Shown here one piece after another: positions 1 through 6,223 of a stretch of 32,910 nucleotides of DNA (positions within the stretch are counted from its first letter, which is position 1; the number at the start of each line of letters is the position of its first letter). A program made the translations under genes and the position numbers. Origin of the DNA: a virus (lineage: Duplodnaviria > Caudoviricetes); the IMG/VR virus record IMGVR_UViG_3300023256_000023, positions 1-32,910 of that record. One strand, written 5' to 3'. Below the pieces are notes generated by a model. It did no database searches, had not been told where the DNA came from, and was given only the letters and a program-made list of their open reading frames with translations.

Positions 1-303
1 CACAACGATAACGCATGGGTATACGGCGACGCACGGGTATACGGCGACACACGGGTGTCCGGTAACGCACGGGTATACGGCGACGCTCAGGTATACGATA
101 ACGCACGGGTATCCGGCGACGCATGGGTGTTCGATAACGCATGGGTGCTCGGCGACGCACGGGTGCTCGGTAACGCTCAGGTGTTCGGTAACGCACGGGT
201 GCTCGGTAACGCACGGGTATACGATAACGCACGGGTGTTCGATAACGCATGGGTATACGATAACGCACGGGTATCCGGTAACGCATGGGTGTTCGGTAAC
301 TAA
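1..303 (+). CDS. Hexapeptide-repeat (left-handed beta-helix-like) protein, 5'-truncated by the window edge
   Basis: Frame 1 is open from base 1 to TAA at 301-303. It reads HNDNAWVYGDARVYGDTRVSGNARV..., about 16 units of [GD][ND]A[RWQ]V[YFSL]. Confidence 0.85.
   Translation, partial: HNDNAWVYGDARVYGDTRVSGNARVYGDAQVYDNARVSGDAWVFDNAWVLGDARVLGNAQVFGNARVLGNARVYDNARVFDNAWVYDNARVSGNAWVFGN
7..300 (+). repeat. Degenerate 18-bp tandem repeat array, copy 1 (~16 units)
   Basis: Units are built from (GATAAC|GGCGAC|GGTAAC)(GCACGG|GCATGG|GCTCAG|ACACGG)(GTATAC|GTGTCC|GTGTTC|GTGCTC|GTATCC). Confidence 0.95.
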
Positions 304-321
304 TCAGTAGAGGGTGCTTTT

Positions 322-564
322 ATGAATAACACACTAACACTGCATGATGTGACCACCCACCTGAACATTCTCGCACGGTCGAAGGTGGAACAGGACGTGC
401 TGAATGGGGTGCTACATCCATCGACAGAGGAACTGGATAAGATTGGCCACGACTGTGCTACACGCTTCACAAAGACATTTAGGAGCCTCCATGACGACGA
501 AACAGGTGAAAAACAAATATGTAAAGATAAAGATAGGTGCTTCAGATGCCATCGTTGCTGGTAA
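322..564 (+). CDS. Hypothetical protein
   Basis: ATG preceded by GAGGG. The 3' end overlaps the next gene by 74 nt, so the call is uncertain. Confidence 0.45.
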   Translation: MNNTLTLHDVTTHLNILARSKVEQDVLNGVLHPSTEELDKIGHDCATRFTKTFRSLHDDETGEKQICKDKDRCFRCHRCW

Positions 565-700
565 AACATCCAGGGCTATAGCTGATACCTTGATCGCCAG
601 CCATGGCAGCAAGCAAGCCCTATTTATTGCGAGGAAAATCTATGAGCAATGCTCCACCAACTACAAACACCAGAAAGAACGACATGGAAAAGTCAATTAG
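491..700 (+). CDS. Hypothetical protein (69 aa)
   Basis: AGGAG Shine-Dalgarno (SD) at 481-485, ATG at 491 (MTTKQVKNK...). Preferred over the ORF-track start at 404. Confidence 0.65.
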   Translation: MTTKQVKNKYVKIKIGASDAIVAGKTSRAIADTLIASHGSKQALFIARKIYEQCSTNYKHQKERHGKVN

Positions 701-839
701 GGCCGACATAGCAGAATTCGAGCAGACGACGGGGATACCATTTCGGTCGGCCCACGAATGGGACGACTCGAAAAACTTCTATCATTTTACAGTTATGCCG
801 TCCGATCTTGGTCAAAACACTGCAATTCAACAGGTATAG
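684..839 (+). CDS. Hypothetical protein (51 aa)
   Basis: ATG at 684 (MEKSIRADIAEFEQ...) fills the gap between neighbouring genes with a short overlap. Confidence 0.5.
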   Translation: MEKSIRADIAEFEQTTGIPFRSAHEWDDSKNFYHFTVMPSDLGQNTAIQQV

Positions 840-851
840 TAGAGGGAAGCA

Positions 852-1226
852 ATGAGACTAATAACTGAATTTGAGGAAAGAGTTTTTAGATGCAGACACC
901 ATGATTTCGGGGCACTGACAACCAAAGAGACGGCGGTTTTGCTTGGCGTATCGGAACGCCGCGTTCGGGACGCATTGGCAAGGGTCAAAAAGACGAGTGC
1001 AAGAATCCTCTTCCCGATACTTACGCGGCAGCAGGCAGCCTGCTATAAGGCATACCAAGCGTGCTACCCGGCTGCTGCCGTCGCAAAGGAACTCAAGATA
1101 ACTGAGTCAACAGTGTACTGGCATCTTGAAGCAGTTAAATCGAAAGGGCTGCCATTTTCCAAGCCAGCAGGAAAGACATTAAGTTATCATCCGGGAATGG
1201 ATGAGCACACAAGACGAACCTTTTAG
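852..1226 (+). CDS. Helix-turn-helix DNA-binding protein (two sigma70-region-4/LuxR-like HTH motifs)
   Basis: Motifs LTTKETAVLLGVSERRVRDALARV and AAAVAKELKITESTVYWHLEAV; GAGGG SD. Confidence 0.75.
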   Translation: MRLITEFEERVFRCRHHDFGALTTKETAVLLGVSERRVRDALARVKKTSARILFPILTRQQAACYKAYQACYPAAAVAKELKITESTVYWHLEAVKSKGLPFSKPAGKTLSYHPGMDEHTRRTF

Positions 1227-1285
1227 GGCCAAGCGAGTCTAAAAACGTTAACCGTATAAAGAGACTGACTGCTGGCCCTATTTTT
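1224..1285 (+). terminator. Interrupted stem-loop followed by a T-run; possible intrinsic terminator or structured leader
   Basis: TAGGGCCA (1224-1231) pairs with TGGCCCTA (1273-1280), AGTCT (1236-1240) pairs with AGACT (1262-1266), then TTTTT. Confidence 0.45.
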
Positions 1286-1303
1286 ATGTTTAGGAGACTG
1301 ACA

Positions 1304-2296
1304 ATGGCACCATATAACAGCACGAGAGACGGACGCCCGAAGCTTGGTCGTAAGTACCATCTATCGGAAGAGAGTAAACTCGTCGATGATACGACACTAT
1401 ACAGAATTATCGCCATCAGGTCGTTTGGTGACATTACCAAAGGTGACAAAGGTGGGTTTATAGAAAAAGAATCCAATCTTTCACACAACGATAACGCATG
1501 GGTATACGATAACGCACGGGTATACGGCGACACACGGGTGTCCGGTAACGCACGGGTATACGGCGACGCTCAGGTATACGATAACGCACGGGTATCCGGC
1601 GACGCATGGGTGTTCGATAACGCATGGGTGTCCGGCGACGCACGGGTGTCCGGTAACGCACGGGTATACGGCGACGCACGGTTTTTCGGCGACGCATGGG
1701 TATACGATAACGCACGGGTGTTCGATAACGCACGGGTGTTCGATAACGCATGGGTGTCCGGTAACGCTCAGGTATACGGTAACGCACGGGTGTTCGATAA
1801 CACGTGTGTGTCCGATAACGCACGGGTGCTCGGTGATATGTCACCACACAATAATACGGGGGATGGAAGCACGAAGGACACAAACCCCAAAGACTCACTC
1901 GGCACCAAAAAGTGGAGGCAGTATTGCACAGTCCCAACAACTATAATATGGGAATTGGGTGTTGCAATGCTGGAGGGAGCGAGAAAATATGGGCGGCACA
2001 ACTATCGTAAAGCGGGTATACGGGCGTCGGTTTATGTAGATGCAGCGAAAGGCCATATAGACCAATGGTGGGAGGGGGAGGATATAGACTCAGACAGTGG
2101 CCTCAACCACCTGGTGAAAGCTGCCGCTTGTCTGGCTGTGTTGCGTGACGCACAGGTTAACGACATGTGTAAAGATGATCGTCCACCTAAGATGAAGCTC
2201 GACGGGCTTAGGGACAATCTTCAAAAAGCAGTTGAGAAGATCATAGAGAAATACCCCACCTGCAAACCCCCGTTTACAGAGGCTAATTGTGATTAG
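1304..2296 (+). CDS. Hexapeptide-repeat protein fused to a DUF5664-like dATP/dGTP diphosphohydrolase domain
   Basis: AGGAG SD, ATG at 1304. N-terminal LYRIIAIRSFGDITKGDKGGFIEKESNLSH is the typical cap of phage hexapeptide proteins, followed by ~19 repeats. C-terminal TNPKDSLG...AMLEGARKYGRHNYR...YVDAAKGHIDQWWEGEDIDSDSGLNHLVKAAACLAVL matches the DUF5664 pattern. Confidence 0.8.
   Translation: MAPYNSTRDGRPKLGRKYHLSEESKLVDDTTLYRIIAIRSFGDITKGDKGGFIEKESNLSHNDNAWVYDNARVYGDTRVSGNARVYGDAQVYDNARVSGDAWVFDNAWVSGDARVSGNARVYGDARFFGDAWVYDNARVFDNARVFDNAWVSGNAQVYGNARVFDNTCVSDNARVLGDMSPHNNTGDGSTKDTNPKDSLGTKKWRQYCTVPTTIIWELGVAMLEGARKYGRHNYRKAGIRASVYVDAAKGHIDQWWEGEDIDSDSGLNHLVKAAACLAVLRDAQVNDMCKDDRPPKMKLDGLRDNLQKAVEKIIEKYPTCKPPFTEANCD
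1490..1837 (+). repeat. Degenerate 18-bp tandem repeat array, copy 2 (~19 units)
   Basis: Same unit vocabulary as 7-300. Bases 1484-1648 match 1-165 except at two short blocks. Confidence 0.95.
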
Positions 2297-2435
2297 AACA
2301 TTGTGTTATATAATAATAATAGCAATGTTCCTCCTGATGGGCGTGTGTGACATGTGTACGGGAAAATGGAGAATAGGGCTGGCTGGAGTCCTTTTGGGTG
2401 TTGTTAATGCCCTGATCTATTGGAGGTCAAACTAA
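2289..2435 (+). CDS. Small two-helix membrane protein (48 aa), not in the ORF track
   Basis: GTG at 2289 after GAGG; MIRTLCYIIIIAMFLLMGVCDMCTGKWRIGLAGVLLGVVNALIYWRSN. Its TAA overlaps the next ATG (TAATG). Confidence 0.6.
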   Translation: MIRTLCYIIIIAMFLLMGVCDMCTGKWRIGLAGVLLGVVNALIYWRSN

Positions 2436-2965
2436 TGATAGCGTTTTGTGATATTGACGGGGTGCTCGCAGACTTCAATAAGCGTGCGTTCGAGGTACTT
2501 GGTTTGCATTTTGCCTACAATCACCTGGCGTTGCGTTCCTGGGACTGGCCTACATACTTTGGGCTTGATCTGTTAAAGGACGTCGACCCACTGTGTGATG
2601 AGGAATTTTGGGCAGGTATGGAGTGGATGCCTGACGGCAGGGAAATACTTGCCACCGTCGAAGCCACGTTCAATGACGTCTACCTGCTGACTTCGCCCAT
2701 GCCCAACAGTGGTGCCTGGACTGGTAAAATGCGATGGATCAAAGAACACATACCACATTATGCAAACCGGGTGATAATGACACGGGCACCCAAGCACCTT
2801 CTCGCCAGTCCAGACCGTGTGCTTATAGACGACAATGATGATAATGTTACGGGGTGGGTGTGTTCAGGCGGACAAGCTATCCTTGTTCCACGTCCCTGGA
2901 ACACGCTGAGTCACCTTAAAGACTATGCTCTGCCTATCGTTAAGACTCAGTTGGGGGCAATCTAA
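2435..2965 (+). CDS. 5'(3')-deoxyribonucleotidase, HAD/NT5C family
   Basis: HAD motif I CDIDGVLADF, then FWAGMEWMPDG, YLLTSP, GKMRWIKEH and VLIDD; GGAGG SD. Confidence 0.85.
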   Translation: MIAFCDIDGVLADFNKRAFEVLGLHFAYNHLALRSWDWPTYFGLDLLKDVDPLCDEEFWAGMEWMPDGREILATVEATFNDVYLLTSPMPNSGAWTGKMRWIKEHIPHYANRVIMTRAPKHLLASPDRVLIDDNDDNVTGWVCSGGQAILVPRPWNTLSHLKDYALPIVKTQLGAI

Positions 2966-3870
2966 TGAGGATCATCGACCACACAATAGAATTAGATAAA
3001 AAGAGCGGGCGTGTTGAGTTCTTCCTGTTCGGCGACACGCACATAGGCAAACGAAATTGTGCTGAGGGGCCCATACGTAAGCAGGTAGCAGAGGTTGTTC
3101 GCCGGGCGGAGAAACCAGGTAGAGTAATCCGCGTTCTGTTCGGCGGTGACATCAACGACTATGTAAAGCCGGGCGATGTGAAACGGTGGAATGTGAACGT
3201 ATTGGCCGACTGGATATACAAGGGTACGCCTGCTCAAATACGCAAGCGGCTAAACAATGTTGCCCCGGAACAACTGAAACGATCCCTCAGTATGCTTGAG
3301 CCCCTGAAACCATTCGCTATTGGTGGGCTGGAGGGCAATCATGAGTTCGCCATGATGCAGCATAATAACTTTGATATGCAAGCTCAGTTCTGTGACGCCA
3401 TGGGCATGGAAGACCTGACGGACGAAGCATTGATCCGCGTCAAGTTCAAGTACCGTACTACGACCCAGACTATGAAGATATACATGCAGCACGGTCATGG
3501 TGGCGGGCGAACAGCAGGAGCAGAACCCAATCACCTTGAACGACTACGATCTGAGTGGGAGGACGCTGACGTAGTGTTACGTGGGCACTCACACACTTTT
3601 GGAACCCTGCCACCGAAGCCTGTTATGTATTTGCCCAACCGTGGCAAACTACCGGCTGAGTTATTACAACGGTATCGCTATGCTGCGAATTGGGGATGCT
3701 GGCTGTATAGCCACCGGGTGGGACCCTCGACCTATGAGTCACGAGCAACTTATCCGGCCCGGCCTATGATGACAATAAAGGTAGTGGTGTGGCCGTTCCA
3801 CCGTACCGTGATAAACGGCAAGGAAGTTATGAAACCAAAGATAGAGTTACGGGAGTATGCTATATTATGA
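2965..3870 (+). CDS. Calcineurin-like metallophosphoesterase
   Basis: Motifs GDTHIG, GGDIND, GNHE, HGHG and GHSH in the canonical order. Confidence 0.85.
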   Translation: MRIIDHTIELDKKSGRVEFFLFGDTHIGKRNCAEGPIRKQVAEVVRRAEKPGRVIRVLFGGDINDYVKPGDVKRWNVNVLADWIYKGTPAQIRKRLNNVAPEQLKRSLSMLEPLKPFAIGGLEGNHEFAMMQHNNFDMQAQFCDAMGMEDLTDEALIRVKFKYRTTTQTMKIYMQHGHGGGRTAGAEPNHLERLRSEWEDADVVLRGHSHTFGTLPPKPVMYLPNRGKLPAELLQRYRYAANWGCWLYSHRVGPSTYESRATYPARPMMTIKVVVWPFHRTVINGKEVMKPKIELREYAIL

Positions 3871-4013
3871 GCGAGTTACCTACATACCAGATCAAGTATA
3901 AAGGTGAGGTCATTGCTGAGTTTCCCCACGATTTCGATAGGGACACGTGCTTGAACGCTTTTGAAAACGAGCACCCAGACTGTGAATTTGAATGTTGCGA
4001 GGACGACCAATGA
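3867..4013 (+). CDS. Small acidic hypothetical protein (48 aa)
   Basis: ATGA overlap with the upstream stop; MSELPTYQIKYKGEVIAEF... Confidence 0.6.
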   Translation: MSELPTYQIKYKGEVIAEFPHDFDRDTCLNAFENEHPDCEFECCEDDQ

Positions 4014-4049
4014 GCACAGCAGGGGCACACAATACTGTGAGGAAAAGTT

Positions 4050-4226
4050 ATGTCTGATTTCCCAGGAAAAGGCTGTTGGCAACGCCCACTATCAACAGGG
4101 CAGGAAGAATATAAGATAAGACAGCAATACGCACACGGTGAGATCACATTAGAAGAGTTCTACAGGCAGTACGCCGAACTGGAAAAGCAGGGCAAGATAA
4201 CACGCAATGGCAGGAGATTGGGATGA
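4050..4226 (+). CDS. Hypothetical protein (58 aa), not in the ORF track
   Basis: GAGGA SD; MSDFPGKGCWQRPLSTGQEEYKIRQQYAHGEITLEEFYRQYAELEKQGKITRNGRRLG. ATGA overlap with recG. Confidence 0.6.
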   Translation: MSDFPGKGCWQRPLSTGQEEYKIRQQYAHGEITLEEFYRQYAELEKQGKITRNGRRLG

Positions 4227-6223
4227 ACATAAGACTTCTACCAGGGGTAGGTCCGAAGCAACTGGCCGCGTTCAACAGCAAGGGTGTACACACAGTGCGT
4301 GACCTGCTGAATTTCTTTCCTCGTTCCTGGGTCATAGCACCGCCCATAGTATCTGCTGGCAGTCTTATCGAAGGTGATAGGGCGTCTGTAGCAGGCACAA
4401 TTAACAGCGTATGCTGTAATACACGCGGGCGTATACCCACGATCACGCTTAATCTGGTAGATAGCGAGGGACATACTATCAGGCTGAAATGGTTTAACCA
4501 AGCCTATCTTCGGCGGCAACTAAGAAACGGCAGTTGTGTTGTGGCCACCGGAAATGTGATACGATATAATGGAGAATTAGAGATAGTTAATCCCAGGTTT
4601 ATTATAGCTGACGGGAGCACAAATCTGTTGGGCCAATTCAATGGCGGAGTGTACCCAGCCACCGCCGACCTACCAAGCAAAACTACCAAGCGTATTATAC
4701 AAAGGGCACTCAAGGCTCATGCCAACGAGATAGTGGAGTTGGAGTATCTTGGCCCTACAACCAGGCACAGGCATACCCTCGCTGAAAGACCGTGGGCTTA
4801 CAACATGATACATAACCCCAGTAATGCACGGTGTTTACGATCAGCGAAGCGTAGGCTCAAGTTTGATGAACTGTTCTTTATGCAACTGGGTCTAATGCTA
4901 CGACAGAAGGACCGGATGGTGTCGGACGCCCCGCGTGTCAAGCCGGACAGTTGTGTAGGCGGGAACTTTCCGTTCGATCTGACGCAGTCACAGCAGACGT
5001 GCGTGTGCGAGATAGCAAGTGACATGGCCTCGGGCAGGCCGATGAATCGTCTGCTCCACGGTGACGTGGGGTCGGGCAAGACAGCGGTAGCCATAGAAGC
5101 TATGATGCTTGCAGTGTCGGCTGGTTATCAGGTAGCAGTTATGGCACCTACGCAGATACTTGCCGAGCAGCTTACCAGTAAAATTAGGGAGTTTACACCT
5201 GACTGGGTGCGGACTGGGCTACTGACGAGTGACATTAGCAGCACCGCCCAGGCTCATATCCTTAGTGGATGTGCTGATGGTGAGTGTAATATAGCAGTAG
5301 GCACTACCTCATTGCTAAGTGACAAGGTTGATTTTTACAACCCCGGCCTGGTGGTGATCGATGAACAGCATAAGTTCGGCGTTAATCAAAGGGCTAAACT
5401 TGGGGAAGACCAGAACGTACACCGCCTCGTGATGACAGCCACCCCTATCCCCCGGACCATAGCCTTGTCTGTGTTTGGTGATATGGATGTATCCACAATC
5501 TGGAAGAAACCAGTCGGGCGTGGAACAGTGGTGACGAAGGTAGTAGAGAAGAGTAAACTTGATAAAGCTATGGGCGTACTTGAACGTGCAGTCGTGGATG
5601 GGCGGCAGACATACGTGGTATGCCCCAGGATTGACGGCGACGATGGGGCTGAAAAAGTGTTTGAAGGACTGGCAGCAATAGGACATTCAGTAGGTATGGT
5701 CCACGGGAGGATGCAGCCAGCCCAGATTAACAGGATTATAAAAGCCTTTCGACAAGACACCGTGAGTATACTCGTCTCCACCACCATAATAGAGGTTGGT
5801 GTTGACATTCCCAACGCTTCACTGATGATTATAATGGGTGCTGACATGTTCGGCCTCGCACAGCTTCACCAGTTACGGGGCAGAATTGGCAGGGGATCAC
5901 GTACCTCTACTTGTCTGCTGGTAACTGGATCGTATGATGCTAAGACCAGGAAACGATTAGACGTTCTGGAGAAGTGTACGGACGGATTCAAGATAGCAGA
6001 GCACGATCTAAAGTTACGTGGGCCGGGCGATCTGTTCGACACTAAGCAGCATGGTCTGCCTAACTTCAAGCTGGCCAATATCGTAGATGACTTTGCCTTG
6101 ATGCAAGAGGCCAGGAAGTTCGCAGAACACTGTGTGTTTGGACAACACGGTGAAGTGACGTCGGATATGAGACAGGAAATGGAATACTTTTTAGGTGACG
6201 CCAGCCTGGGAGACGTAGGATGA
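4223..6223 (+). CDS. recG: ATP-dependent DNA helicase RecG
   Basis: N-terminal LPGVGPK...DLLNFFPR, wedge-domain WFNQAYL, RRLKFDELF, MNRLLHGDVGSGKT, MAPTQILAEQ, IDEQHKFGV, MTATPIPRT, TTIIEVGVDIPNA, GLAQLHQLRGRIGRG, and the TRG motif DGFKIAEHDLKLRGPGD. Confidence 0.95.
   Translation: MNIRLLPGVGPKQLAAFNSKGVHTVRDLLNFFPRSWVIAPPIVSAGSLIEGDRASVAGTINSVCCNTRGRIPTITLNLVDSEGHTIRLKWFNQAYLRRQLRNGSCVVATGNVIRYNGELEIVNPRFIIADGSTNLLGQFNGGVYPATADLPSKTTKRIIQRALKAHANEIVELEYLGPTTRHRHTLAERPWAYNMIHNPSNARCLRSAKRRLKFDELFFMQLGLMLRQKDRMVSDAPRVKPDSCVGGNFPFDLTQSQQTCVCEIASDMASGRPMNRLLHGDVGSGKTAVAIEAMMLAVSAGYQVAVMAPTQILAEQLTSKIREFTPDWVRTGLLTSDISSTAQAHILSGCADGECNIAVGTTSLLSDKVDFYNPGLVVIDEQHKFGVNQRAKLGEDQNVHRLVMTATPIPRTIALSVFGDMDVSTIWKKPVGRGTVVTKVVEKSKLDKAMGVLERAVVDGRQTYVVCPRIDGDDGAEKVFEGLAAIGHSVGMVHGRMQPAQINRIIKAFRQDTVSILVSTTIIEVGVDIPNASLMIIMGADMFGLAQLHQLRGRIGRGSRTSTCLLVTGSYDAKTRKRLDVLEKCTDGFKIAEHDLKLRGPGDLFDTKQHGLPNFKLANIVDDFALMQEARKFAEHCVFGQHGEVTSDMRQEMEYFLGDASLGDVG

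Noticed and set aside
1-1837. 18-bp repeats as a CRISPR array or a DGR template/variable repeat pair
   Set aside because: There are no unique spacers and the repeats are in-frame coding units. Differences between copies are block swaps, not adenine-specific changes, and no reverse transcriptase is present in the window.
1458-1940. 160-aa minus-strand ORF with RYRTPV repeats
   Set aside because: It is the antisense shadow of the hexapeptide array.
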